A stretch of 64,000 nucleotides of DNA from NCBI RefSeq assembly GCF_003704095.1, contig NW_020844913.1, positions 1-64,000 of the forward strand, written 5' to 3'. Positions 13,173-25,100 of this stretch are shown here, piece after piece (within the stretch, counting starts at the first letter, position 1; each line of letters opens with the position of its first letter). The notes beneath the pieces are model-generated. The model saw only the letters and a list, made by a program, of their open reading frames with translations. It did no database searches and was not told the origin of the DNA. Source of the stretch: Pocillopora damicornis. Taxonomy: Eukaryota. The position numbers and the translations under genes were made by a program.

Positions 13173-13667
13173 TTATAAAATAATTCAAATAGTACGCGCG
13201 CTCTGATTGGCCATAAAACCATTTTACATGAGCGTATGTAAACACGGTTTTCATACAGAATCTTCTCGCGGAGTTCTCCCTGCTATTTATTTAGCTCAGT
13301 TTCTTTAAGTTTGTTTTGAGTACAGTAATGGAAGAAGAAGATTTTCCTAATTTTTCTTTGGAGTTTAATTTTCCCAGTATTGCAAGAAACGGCCGAAAAG
13401 CCAAATGAACAACAACAACAAGCACGTCGCTTTCCTTCGTTGCAAGAAGAGGCTCTTTCATTAGTTATTTTACAAAAGAAATGTAAAATGGTTTCCGTGT
13501 TTACATAGCCTGATGTAAACACTTGGGAGGTTGGGAGAACACTCGATAAGCTGGAAACCACTCCGCTTCGCGTCGTGGTTTCCTACGCTTATCTCGTGTT
13601 CTCCCAACCTCCCGCGTGTTTACATCAGGCTATGTAAACACGGAAACCATTTTATATTTCTTAAATA
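13173..13667 (+). mobile_element. Non-autonomous element with a long 3' palindrome, inserted only in duplication copy B
   Basis: Absent at the homologous site in copy A (~8846). Starts near cgcgcgctctgattggc and ends in a hairpin 13476..13662 with ~85-bp arms. Confidence 0.8.
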
Positions 13668-14998
13668 GAACAGCTACGTATAGGACAACCCTAGAAGGCA
13701 TTTTTAATAGGTGGTTGGGCATCAATCATCAAGCAAAGTAGAGTATAAGGGAACCTCTATCCCTATCGTATGTTGTTGCCAAGCACACGAGGAAGTTATT
13801 TTATACCATGTCCCCCATCTTATGTCTATTGTCCTTTGTTTCTTTTGTCACTTTTTCTCAGTTTTCTAGGGTAAGTTAGTGCCATGGTTTTTTTAATAAC
13901 ATTTGTGATTGGCGGATTAAGTTGAGTGTATTTGGTGTCAGAACTGAGTGAATTTCATACCTCTCAAAAACTTCCACCCGTTGCCACGCAATGTTACTCA
14001 TAAGACCCAATGTGAAGAAACTATTAGTGGACATGTTGTCGGAGACTTTGATTCGTGCGTGACACATGTCAGATGATGAGTGCGAACNNNNNNNNNNNNN
14101 NNNNNNNNNNNNNNNNNNNNNNNNNNNNNNNNNNNNNNNNNNNNNNNNNNNNNNNNNNNNNNNNNNNNNNNNNNNNNNNNNNNNNNNNNNNNNNNNNNNN
14201 NNNNNNNNNNNNNNNNNNNNNNNNNNNNNNNNNNNNNNNNNNNNNNNNNNNNNNNNNNNNNNNNNNNNNNNNNNNNNNNNNNNNNNNNNNNNNNNNNNNN
14301 NNNNNNNNNNNNNNNNNNNNNNNNNNNNNNNNNNNNNNNNNNNNNNNNNNNNNNNNNNNNNNNNNNNNNNNNNNNNNNNNNNNNNNNNNNNNNNNNNNNN
14401 NNNNNNNNNNNNNNNNNNNNNNNNNNNNNNNNNNNNNNNNNNNNNNNNNNNNNNNNNNNNNNNNNNNNNNNNNNNNNNNNNNNNNNNNNNNNNNNNNNNN
14501 NNNNNNNNNNNNNNNNNNNNNNNNNNNNNNNNNNNNNNNNNNNNNNNNNNNNNNNNNNNNNNNNNNNNNNNNNNNNNNNNNNNNNNNNNNNNNNNNNNNN
14601 NNNNNNNNNNNNNNNNNNNNNNNNNNNNNNNNNNNNNNNNNNNNNNNNNNNNNNGGCTCGGGATTCCCTAGCCAAAGAAGAAGACGTTCTTGATAAAAAA
14701 AAATTGTATCCTCAAACTTCGCCGTATTTTTAGGCAGGTTTACACTTTGCTACTCTAAATAACTTGAAGTATTCCCTTTAAGGGTGTCAAATTCTAATGT
14801 TCTTTCCCTCAAATAACCATAACACTTTCTGTACGTCTCATAATTTTAAAAACGCCTTGCGGAACTTGAGCACGAACAAACAGATTCGCTCCTGAAATGG
14901 CGAGGATCAAAATAAAATTAAAATCTCTGACCCACTAAAGTGAATAGAGGTATAACTGGAGATACAGAAAAAATAGAGCCAATATTGTGGTAGCAGCC

Positions 14999-15967
14999 TT
15001 AGTTACTTTCTGTTCCCTGCATGGCTATGTTGTCAAATGTTAAAGTTCTTTGTCTTTGTTTTCTACAGCACTTTCTGTTCCTCAAAAGTTTTGCGAACGC
15101 TTTCCTGAAATTTTCAAACCGCCAGGCATACACAAAAGGGTTCACTCCTGAATTAGCCGTGATCAAAAGAGCAGGAATATCTCTTGCCCAGTGTATAAGA
15201 GTGCAACTGCACGCTTTGCATAAGTTAACAATGTAAATGCAGATACAGGCAGGAAGATAGCATGCTAAGAAGAGAGTCAGTATAATAATAAAGGTCTTGG
15301 TCACTTTCTGTTCCCATCTTGCCGCCTGTCTCTTTGCCTGGTTTTCCACGTTTGTCTGATCCAAAGAATCCCATTGTTTCACTTGATCTCTGATCACACG
15401 AAATATTCTCAGATACGTTAGAAGGATGACTAAGAGAGTGCCAATTACGACTGTGTGGAGAAAGACAAATGAATATGTAAGGTAGCCTGTAACAAGGTAT
15501 ATGAAAGGGAAACTTAATGAGAATACCCAGATGCCAGCCGCCACAAAACCCGCTCGCTTAGGATTCAATTTTGTTCTGTAGGTTAGCGGAGACGTTATCG
15601 CCAAATATCGATCCAGTGTTAAAGCTGCCAAACTGAGAACAGAAGCTGTACACGAAATGAATAACGGCACGTGAAGGTAGGATGCTGGTGGTCTTTTTCT
15701 CGCAGTTCCTTCCATAACATGATACACTACCGAAGTCGGGTCGACGAAGAATCCCATCAAAAGATCGCTAATGGCAAGGCTGGCCACAAAGTAGTTGAAA
15801 GGCGATTTTAGATCTTTGTTTGGATCGACGAAGATTGCTAACACGACGAGTAAATTTCCAGGGACCGTAAACAGGCACAAGGGAACAGTTACCGCGGCCG
15901 TTGTGAACGCGATGTAGCTTGGAGCAACTGATTGATTTGTGCACGGATATTCACCAAACAGAGACAT
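14999..15967 (-). CDS. Intronless class A GPCR, paralogue 2 (322 aa)
   Basis: Full 7TM ORF with DRY, CYLP and NPFVY; very similar to paralogue 1. Confidence 0.95.
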   Translation of the reverse strand: MSLFGEYPCTNQSVAPSYIAFTTAAVTVPLCLFTVPGNLLVVLAIFVDPNKDLKSPFNYFVASLAISDLLMGFFVDPTSVVYHVMEGTARKRPPASYLHVPLFISCTASVLSLAALTLDRYLAITSPLTYRTKLNPKRAGFVAAGIWVFSLSFPFIYLVTGYLTYSFVFLHTVVIGTLLVILLTYLRIFRVIRDQVKQWDSLDQTNVENQAKRQAARWEQKVTKTFIIILTLFLACYLPACICIYIVNLCKACSCTLIHWARDIPALLITANSGVNPFVYAWRFENFRKAFAKLLRNRKCCRKQRQRTLTFDNIAMQGTESN

Positions 15968-18308
15968 GACTCGTGACTGAGCAGATTTGGTTGCTCAAAT
16001 TTACTGTATACCTCTCTTTCTACCCGAAACTATTCACTTCCTGTTACAGTCTAATTATTAAAAACAGGACGTTTACTTCAGCGCCATCTTGGATCGCATT
16101 GGGCACCAAATCGAGGCTGGACGTGCTTTGGGTTGTGTTGCGTTACAGTGTTTTGATTGAAGATTACAAGAAAGCATTGCCCACAATCTTTGCTATATTA
16201 ACTATTGTTGTAACGAGAAGCGAAATAAAACGTGGCAGAGGTAAAGAAAACTATCAGCGAAGGCGAAGCAGTGGCTGTAATTTTTCCATGTCACTTAATG
16301 TCTTTTATGACTTTATGACTTCATAACAAATTGTTTTTATTTGTGATCAAGAAACAATTCTAAAGAAGAAATTGTTTTTATTTGTGATTAGACATACGTA
16401 AAATGCTTCGCCTAGTGCCAATTTGGCCCACAACTGCCCAGACTGAAAGTAGTATGCCTCTGCTTCGAAATCAAATACCCTAAAACAAGGGTAATCCTAG
16501 ACTGCACTGAGATCAAAGTCCAGAGGCCTAACTCCAAGGTTTTAAACAAAGAAATTTACTGTGCGTACAAGTCGTATACCTTCTTAAAATATTTTGTTCC
16601 ACATTTAAGGAAAGTATATCGGACAAAGAAATACCAAAGCGTAGTGGATTTCTGTCGCTTGTCTAAAAAGGGGTTTCCCAGTCCAGGATATATTAGAAAC
16701 TAAAAAAGCTACATTGGCAATTCCATCTTTCTCGGCAAGAACAAAGTCTTTGCATTTCACATCTCAAGAAGTAACAGAAACACAACTGAGATTGCCGTAT
16801 CCATGATGAGAGGGCAAGAAGGTGAATTAGAGAAAATAATATTTTGAGAAAGTGTTACTTCTTTCGCGGGTTGATTCAGTAAACCAAATTTGGACAATGG
16901 GCTGTCTTCCGCTAACAAACGTTAGAGGGCAAATTTAATCGGCTATTAGTGTTATTCAGTAAATCTTGGTTCAATAATGACATTTGTTGCGCCTCAAAAA
17001 GTTAATCAAGTACGTGGCAACTTATGGTTAATGAACCGAAAAAAAAGATTTGAATTGAATGAGGAAAGTTGTTTCTAATTTGTGTGATTCCAGAAAATGT
17101 CCACTTCTCCTCGAGGAAGATGGGAAGTTGGAATGAGAGTGGCAACCGGCAATTTTCTTCACTTTGAAGAGATGCATAGACCCTAAATCGCTATAGTTAG
17201 GATAACAGTTCACAAGCACGAACTAAATTTATCATCTGTTGTAGTAGTGAGTTCCTTGTGTGGATCATACTAACATTCACATCTCGCATAGGGTACTTAA
17301 CTGACACTCCCTTTTTGAATGGCGAAGTAACCCGACACTCATACATGGTGTGGTGGTGAAATACCCTGGTTTGTAGTACTAACTTAAACATGTTCGACTG
17401 TAAGAAAATTCTTCCCTTTTGGAAAACCCGCTGGTATGTTGAGTAAGTTGTTGCCATGGTTGTTGTAATCAATGTCGTGATTGGTGGATGTAGTTGAGTA
17501 TATTTAGAGTCAGAAGTGAAGTTTTTCAGAAGTGAAGTTTTTCAGAAGTGAATTTATAAACAGAGTCAAACCGCTCAAACGAAACTTCTACCCTTTGTCA
17601 CGCAATATCACCAATCAGACCTAATCTAAAGGAAATATTGGCGGTCAAGTGGTAATTCGTAGAAAATCTTCCTTTACTTAAATAAATCCTCAAAGACCCT
17701 CCATCTCATACAGGGGAAGAAAGTCTTGAAAGGAGTATGACTCATGGAGTCTAAACTATAACTGGCGAAGTGAGACAAATCGCGAGGGTCGCGATAACAT
17801 ACATTGTTGAAAATCTTAATCCCTCTTCTAGAAATTACTGTGTATTGGCGCGAATAATTTTTAAGATATATGTATACAAATTGAATTCGCTCGGCACTTT
17901 TCACTTGAGCTCTTCATGAGTTCGATGTTTTGGGATTTCCCAAACCAAGGATAAGAGAATCTTAATAAAGAAATAGTATCTTAAAAGATTTTTAAAGTTC
18001 GCCGTATTTAACATGTTTACAGTTTGCTCCTTTTAATAACGTGCGGTATTCCCTCTGAAGATGTCAAATTCTAATTCTAAACACTCTCTCCACGTCAGAA
18101 GATTTTAAAAACGCTTTTCGGAGCCTGAGCACGAACAAACGCGTTCACTCCTGAAATGGCGAGGATCAAAGTAAAATGAAAATCTCTGACTGACTGCCGG
18201 TATAAACTTACAACCCGAGATACAGTAAGAACAAAGCCTATACTGCGATAGCAGCCTTGGTTACTTTTTGTTCTCCATTTGTAGCCTTTTACTAGTCACT
18301 GCTTTAAC

Positions 18309-19274
18309 TCAGTTGTCCATTGTCTCCATGGCGACGTTGTCAAATCTTAAGGTTCTTTGGCTTCGTTGTCGACAACACTTTCTGTTCCTCAAAAGCTTCA
18401 TGAACGCTTTCCTGAAATTTTCAAACCGCCAGGCATACAGAAACGGGTTCACTCCTGAATTGGCTAAGATCAGAAGGAAAGGAATATCTCTTGCCCAGTG
18501 AATAAGTGTGCAACTGCAGACTGTGCATAAATTAATAATGTAAATGCAGATACAGGAAGGCAGATAGCATGCTAAGAAGAGGGTCAGCATAATAATAAAG
18601 GTCTTCGTCACTTTCTGTTCCCTTCTTGCCGCCTGTCTCCTCGCCTGATTGTCCACGTTCGTTTGATCCAAAGAATCCCACTGTCTCACTTGATCTTTGA
18701 ACACTCGAAATATCTTCAGATATGTTAGAAGGATGACTAAGAGAGTGCCAATTACGACTGTGTGGAGAAAGACAAATGAATATGTAAGGTAGCCTGTAAC
18801 AAGGTATATGAATGGGAAACTTAGTGAGAATAACCAGATGCCAGCCGCCACAAAACCTGCTCGCTTAGGATTCAATTTTGTTCTGTAGGTTAGCGGAGAA
18901 GTTATCGCCAAATATCGATCCAATGTTAAAGCTGCCAAACTGAGAACAGAAGCTGTACACGAAATGAAGTACGGCATGTGAATGTAGGGTAAAGGTGGCA
19001 GTTTCCTCTCAACTCCTTCCTTTACATGGTACACCACCGCAGTCGGGTCAACGACGAATCCCACCAATAGATCGCTAATGGCAAGGTTGGCCACAAAATG
19101 GTTAAAAGGTGACTTGAGATCTTTGTTTGGATCGATGAAGATTGCTAACACGACGAGTAAATTTCCGGCGATGGTGAATAGACACAGCGGAACACATATC
19201 GTGGCCGTAGTAAACGAGATGTAGATTGGAGCAACTGATTGATTAGTGCACGGATATTCACCAAACAGAGACAT
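18309..19274 (-). CDS. Intronless class A GPCR, paralogue 3 (321 aa)
   Basis: Full 7TM ORF with DRY, CYLP and NPFLY. Its 3' flank (~17490-18270) is a diverged homologue of 9100-9890. Confidence 0.95.
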   Translation of the reverse strand: MSLFGEYPCTNQSVAPIYISFTTATICVPLCLFTIAGNLLVVLAIFIDPNKDLKSPFNHFVANLAISDLLVGFVVDPTAVVYHVKEGVERKLPPLPYIHMPYFISCTASVLSLAALTLDRYLAITSPLTYRTKLNPKRAGFVAAGIWLFSLSFPFIYLVTGYLTYSFVFLHTVVIGTLLVILLTYLKIFRVFKDQVRQWDSLDQTNVDNQARRQAARREQKVTKTFIIMLTLFLACYLPSCICIYIINLCTVCSCTLIHWARDIPFLLILANSGVNPFLYAWRFENFRKAFMKLLRNRKCCRQRSQRTLRFDNVAMETMDN

Positions 19275-19459
19275 GACTCGATTAGTTTTACGGCGCTACC
19301 AACGCTAGGTTAGAATGAGAAGTTAAGATTGAATAGATTTTGCTTACGAATCTGCTGTACACTTCACTTCCAACGCGAAAGAAGTATTGTTTTCACCGTT
19401 TGCCTCAGACTATAAATAGAAAACTGTCAGCTTTGGAAATGAGGCTCTTCCATAACAAT

Positions 19460-19918
19460 AGGTTAAACCCCGATAATTCGAACCCCACTATCTTGAAGCA
19501 AAACTGATTTCCCTTGGATTTGCCTCATATAGTTACTGTAATTATAACCCCAATTACTCGAAACCCTGATAACTTGAAGCAATTTTTACTTCCCTTCAGG
19601 TACTTTTCTTTGTAATTTTTCCCTCGATAACTCAAAGTCCATTTTTGCGGACTAATGAGCCATAACATTTTGCACCGGAAGATTACATTTAATCTCATTT
19701 AGATGTTATGATAAATTGACCTTTGTCGATATCACACGTTTGTATGTCCGTAAACAAACAGTTTTGACAGTTCTTCCCGCAAAGAGAAATCAAGGCGCGA
19801 AATCTGGAATTGATTAAGTGTTTTTTGTCTTTTTGTTCGAGACCCTTAGAACTCGAAACCCCGAGAACTCGAGCTAATTTCAATCCCCCAGGCAATTCGA
19901 GTTTCCGGGGTTCAACTG
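19460..19918. mobile_element. Tc1/pogo(Tigger)-like MITE
   Basis: Right end ttcgagtttccggggttcaactg is reverse-complementary to degenerate left end gttaaaccccgataattcgaa; internal repeated cgataactcgaa-like motifs. Confidence 0.55.
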
Positions 19919-20839
19919 TTCAAATAAAGGTTTGTCACTCTGATGTGATAATTTAATGCCTTCGAGCTTTCAAGGTGTTGAATTTATTTTCGTTTAAATA
20001 TGTTTGGCTTACATCAGAAGAATAACACAAGATATCATCAGGCCATCTACCGAGGGGCGGCAGACGGCTTGTGCTTGTGCTAGCTACTCCTGGGCTGCCA
20101 CACCATTGCGCTCCCTCGAAAAAAATTACAGATTTGTTTGACGCTCTACATCTCAGCTGTATACTTTAGCTCTACACCGTAACTAGAATACCATCTAAGG
20201 GTAATTGTTGGCTCATCAGTGCGAAAGCGAATTCTCTCCTGAAGTATCATCTTGAAATGAATGAGGCGAATTTTTCAGTGGCTAAATAAAGCTGTTGATG
20301 CAACTTGTAATCATACCTTGGATTTCCCTTGCGGTTCATTTTTCTTCCTCATTGTTTAATATCCGCATTTTTTGTAACGTTATCAGTACTTGTAAGATAC
20401 ACCAGAAGTTTTACAAAACAATGCTTGGAACTTACTTGCGCTTATGTGTAGGTCTACAAGCTGGTGGTAAAGATAATTACAGAAACATTAACTTAACAAA
20501 CCAGTTTTATTTCCGCATCAAATGGCACTTACATTCCTGATCTCGCCGAGTGATAAGCATTGCGTGACCTATTGGCTCAGAAAAATTGGGCATAATTCAA
20601 CTTTACTGGTCTAGAGCCTCTTCCTCAGGTATACTCTGGCATGTTTAGTATACTCACCTCTCCTTTGAGTGATTGTTTAACCTCTCAGCGAAGGTGTGAA
20701 ATGGTATTTTTGTGCCTTATACCCCTAAAGCGAATAAGTCGTTGCTGGCACGCAACGGTTGTCTTTTCGCATGACCTCGAAACATCAACGATGCCCTATG
20801 GCTTCAAACTTTGCTACCCTTTCGCACGCCTACAATTTT

Positions 20840-21817
20840 CTACGCGGTAGTGTCACTCGTCGTACTCTCCGGGAGGGTGTTTAATTCTACAGCTCTTCCT
20901 TGACGATGACATGAACAATTTTTACAGGACAGAAGCTTTTGAAACGCTTTTCTGAAATTGTCAAATCGCCAGGCGTAAATAAAGGGGTTCACCCCTGAGT
21001 TGGCAAGTATCAAAAGGAAGTGAAAATCTCTGACCCAGTGAATAAACGTACAACTGCAGGCACTGCAGAGATTCGTGATGTAGATGGAAATACAGGAAGG
21101 TAGATAACATGCTAAGAAGAGGGCCAAAATAATGATAAAAGTCTTTGTCACTTTCTGTTCCCATCTTGCCGCCTGTCTCTTGGCCTGATTGTCCACGTTC
21201 GTGTGATCCATCGAGTCCCACTGTTTCACTTGATTTTTCAATACGCGAAAAATCTTGTAATACGTTGTCAACATGACCAGGAAAGTGAAAATTATGACAG
21301 TGTGAGCGAAGACAAATGCGTAAGTCAGGTAGCCCGTCACAAAGTAAATAAACGGGAAGCTTAGTGAAAAGGCCCATATACCAGCCGCCACAAAGCCTGC
21401 TCGCTTAGGGTTCAGCTTTGTTCGGTAAGTCAACGGAGACGTTATCGCCCAGAGTCGATCCACAGTCAAAGCCGCTAAACTGAGAACAGACGCCGTACAC
21501 GAGATGAAGTATGGCATGTGGATGTAAGCCAATGGGGCTGGATATTTCCTTGAAACTCCTTCGCTCAGATGATATGCAAAGGATAACGGGTCGACGACAA
21601 ATCCCACCACAAGGTCGCTGATGGCTAGGTTCGCCACAAAGTAATTAAACGGCGATTTTAGATCTTTGTTGGGGTCCATGAAAATTGCCAATACCACGAG
21701 AAGGTTGCCAGCGATGGTAAACAAGCACATCGGAACTGATATTGCCGCTGAAGTAAATGAAATGTAACTTGGAGCAATTGTTTGATTGATACATGGATAT
21801 TCACCGAACAGAGACAT
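20840..21817 (-). CDS. Intronless class A GPCR, paralogue 4 (325 aa; DRL instead of DRY)
   Basis: Full 7TM ORF with NPFIY; most divergent member of the cluster. Confidence 0.95.
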   Translation of the reverse strand: MSLFGEYPCINQTIAPSYISFTSAAISVPMCLFTIAGNLLVVLAIFMDPNKDLKSPFNYFVANLAISDLVVGFVVDPLSFAYHLSEGVSRKYPAPLAYIHMPYFISCTASVLSLAALTVDRLWAITSPLTYRTKLNPKRAGFVAAGIWAFSLSFPFIYFVTGYLTYAFVFAHTVIIFTFLVMLTTYYKIFRVLKNQVKQWDSMDHTNVDNQAKRQAARWEQKVTKTFIIILALFLACYLPSCISIYITNLCSACSCTFIHWVRDFHFLLILANSGVNPFIYAWRFDNFRKAFQKLLSCKNCSCHRQGRAVELNTLPESTTSDTTA

Positions 21818-22152
21818 TGCTCGTAAATATAAAGGAAAACAAAATCAACGATGGGAGGAAGTTGTTCCAGTTTTGAAACTACTCGTAGAACGTGATCGTG
21901 ATCCTTGATTCGCAGCGGAAGTACCAGGCGATTATCGCTTCCCCTACCACCACCTACGTCACGTTCGTTTTCTTCCACAATAGCGAGAAAGACTGGAACA
22001 AACTAGATCCAGTACCCATGCATTTTCAATATGGCAGATAACGAGATGAACATATACTTCACTTCTTCGTCATTTTGGAACCAAATGTGAAACTAGGGGC
22101 GGACTTTACGTTATGGAACGACAGTTAATTTATCTGCGACATATGAAGTAGA
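21818..22152. promoter_or_regulatory. Probable bidirectional promoter
   Basis: Divergent start codons (21817 minus, 22153 plus) are 335 bp apart; YY1-like caatatggcag at ~22027 and GC-box ggggcgga at ~22096. Confidence 0.4.
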
Positions 22153-25100
22153 ATGGACGGGACAGAACTTAGAAATATTCATGTTGTGCATCAAAATACA
22201 GAAGCGTATAAACAACAACAAAAAGATGACACGGTGAGGTGAATTCTGCAAATACAAATAGTACATAGTTAAAACCTACATATTCCCATCTAGGTTACGA
22301 AGAAAAAGAGTCGTTTCTTGTTCCAAGTTCTTCGTTTATTATATCTCTCCTCAATAGTTTTGCAGCTAAGGAAGATAATAAAAAAATAAGTCATATTTTT
22401 GGAAGGATAGCATCCCTATGTGCACGTTCACCGTTTTTACTAGGGTATGCCTCCATTATTATAAAATTAGTGCAAAAGATCAATAAATGCCTTAGTGAAC
22501 CAATAAATAAAATTCGCATATATTTACAGGATTAGCTTACTCTCATCATAGCACACTTGCTGGCCAAGGAGAGTATGGACAGTGTCTCAGCTCATTTAAA
22601 CAGTAATAAAGTGAAGATCACTTAAACTGAAGAGCAAATTCAAACATTTACTTATTTATGACTTGGCAAATAATTTTTTGCCTCCACTAACATATTGAAA
22701 TGTAGTGCATTTTACCGTTTTCAGTTGCATTTGCACGACAAACATGTTCAAGGGGATTCCACCTTTATCCCAGGACCTTGTCACCACAACAAGAAGTTTG
22801 CCTGTGTTTTCATCCCTTGTGTTGTACCTTTGTTTTACATTGGAGGAGAACTGTATGTATAACTATGGTTTTCAGCTACTGCTTTCAGTTATGGCTAAAT
22901 GATTTTTCTGCTTGCAAGAAAGAAGTTAGCTACTGTTATTGTCACTTAATTTGGGTTGGATTAGCCAACATATAACAGACAAACTACCTCCCATTTTAAT
23001 CTTATCTTAAACAATGTTGGAGTTATTCTTATTTTTCAATATGTTAACAATGAAACTAATACAAAAATGCTATGTAATGCATGCAAAAAATGTGACAGCC
23101 TGGTGCAGAAATTTACTTCCAACCTCTAAGAGTGGGCAGCATTTAATTTCTCCTTACAATATCACCATTGAATCAGAGTCACAAGAATAAATGAAATGAC
23201 CACCAACCAAAGAAGCTCTTGATTGGGTAAAAGTGAAGAACAGTTCCTGAAAGATACTGTCAGCCAACAGTCGGCTGACAGTTGGCTGACTGTTGGCCAA
23301 TTGTCTGCCGACAGTTTTCATTATGTGTTAGGCCAAAGTTTTGGCCAACTGTTGGCCAACAGTCAACTTGGCAGCAAAAATGTGAAAAAGTTATGTAAAA
23401 GCAATGAAATCAAATTGAACATACACAAATCACTGTGTGAACACAAGTTTGTCAAGAATCTCTTGTAGCATGACCAATAATTTTATCATCTCAAAATTGT
23501 TTGTATTCATCATTTTTTTCAATATTAACAGATTGTTTGGTTTTGCTGTATTCTGTATTTTGATGATGTATCTTGTGGAAAACACTTCAAGATGTAGAAA
23601 AAGGTGGTTCAAGTTTGATAATTTTTGTGAGAATTTATTCCTGTTGAAGTGTGCATGCTGGCTGGTTGATTAGTTCTGGTTAAGATATTGTTAAGCTTAT
23701 GTATTTTATGAATAATTACTGCATTTGATGACCAACTAGAAATTAAATCCATTTGACATAGAGTATCTGGATCGCTCATGTCTGCAATAGTACGTATTAA
23801 CTTAACGCCATATCTCATTTCCTATAGGTCTTTGGTGGCATATGTCGTTTCAGTCCTGCTTTTCCAATTATCTTCAATATTTTGCCTTGTTCCCTTTCTA
23901 TGGTAAGTTTAAACAGAGAGATTATTTTCAAAAGGTAGTTGTAATAATGAGTAAATGAAGAGTAGTTATTGTGTAGTCTTAAATAAAAGTAACTTTTGAA
24001 CAAGCTAAATGCAGTTAAGTACAATGTACCAGGTAGTCTTTTTTTAAGGTGAATAGTAAGGGGTGATACAGTCTCCTTTATTAATAAAAAAGTCTTTTTT
24101 TTAATCATTTCTATATTCCTAGCTCACAAGAGCACCACTCTGGGATCCAGGATATTTGTTGATACCCAGTACTATAAATATTTATAGTGTGCTGATAATG
24201 AAATCTATTTTTTTTTTCCCTTCTGTAGGAAATCAGTATTTAACCTTGGACTTATATTTATTTACAATGTATTTATTGTGCTGTCAGGTAAAGAAGCTGG
24301 ATGATTAGCAGTTGTATGTGGCAATATTCAAAACCCAGGATTTTTTTAATGTAAATTAACATGACTGTTTTAATCTCTTTTATGAAATTTATTTTTGAAG
24401 GTGGTGTTGGTCTCTTCCAGTTTAAGCAACTACAGTATGAAGAGCCTGAGTTTATAAAGGTGACTAAACTTTTCAATTTATTGGTGCAAATTTATTGTAC
24501 CTTGTTTTAATAAAAGGGTCACAGCATTTTCCCTGAGTTCAATCAGTTAGAGCAACAGCCCTCTATGTGTATTTGCCAAATTACTGAAACATACAAAACA
24601 AGGATGTGTTTCATATTAGATAAAAATGAATACCTCTTTGATTAGAATAAGAGAGATTGTAAATTTTGAACTCTAAGTTATCCATAAAAGAATGGTGATA
24701 CAAGTAACCATCTTTCTTAATTTAGTCATTTATAAGATGCTTTCTTCATTGCTGATCCTATCTATGTGCAGGACATGTGTCTCATTTGAGCCTGGCTTAC
24801 CTTAGGATTTCTTGCTGTTTGGTAGTAGGGAAACGGAATGCAATGTCAAAAAATATGATTCCTGGACAGGGATAGAGATAATTTCTTTGCTCCATGCTTG
24901 TAACAGAAACAAAGAACTTCTAACATAAAATTTCACAAAAATCAAGCCAATAACACATAACAAAGTGAAGCGAACATGGTGAAAGCTCACTAAAATGCAA
25001 TCCTTTTAATCTTCTTCAATGTTCCTTGTTCTTTCTCTTACTGAGATATCCTGTTTACATGATTTCAAGAACTTTAATTGTTGTAAAATGTTTTATTTTC

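Larger units (their letters stand above)
11249..15967. repeat. Segmental tandem duplication, copy B
   Basis: Colinear with 6905..10862; differs by a ~0.5-kb insertion at ~13173-13667 and an N-gap. Confidence 0.9.

Noticed and set aside
17510-17552. 16-bp tandem repeat cagaagtgaagttttt (about 2.6 copies)
   Set aside because: Local slippage within a duplicated flank; no sign of function.
9916-21978. Short antisense or alternative-frame ORFs overlapping the GPCRs (e.g. MAMLSNVKV..., MYSFCSQF...)
   Set aside because: Their recurrence is explained by duplication of the GPCR coding sequence; there is no independent coding signal.
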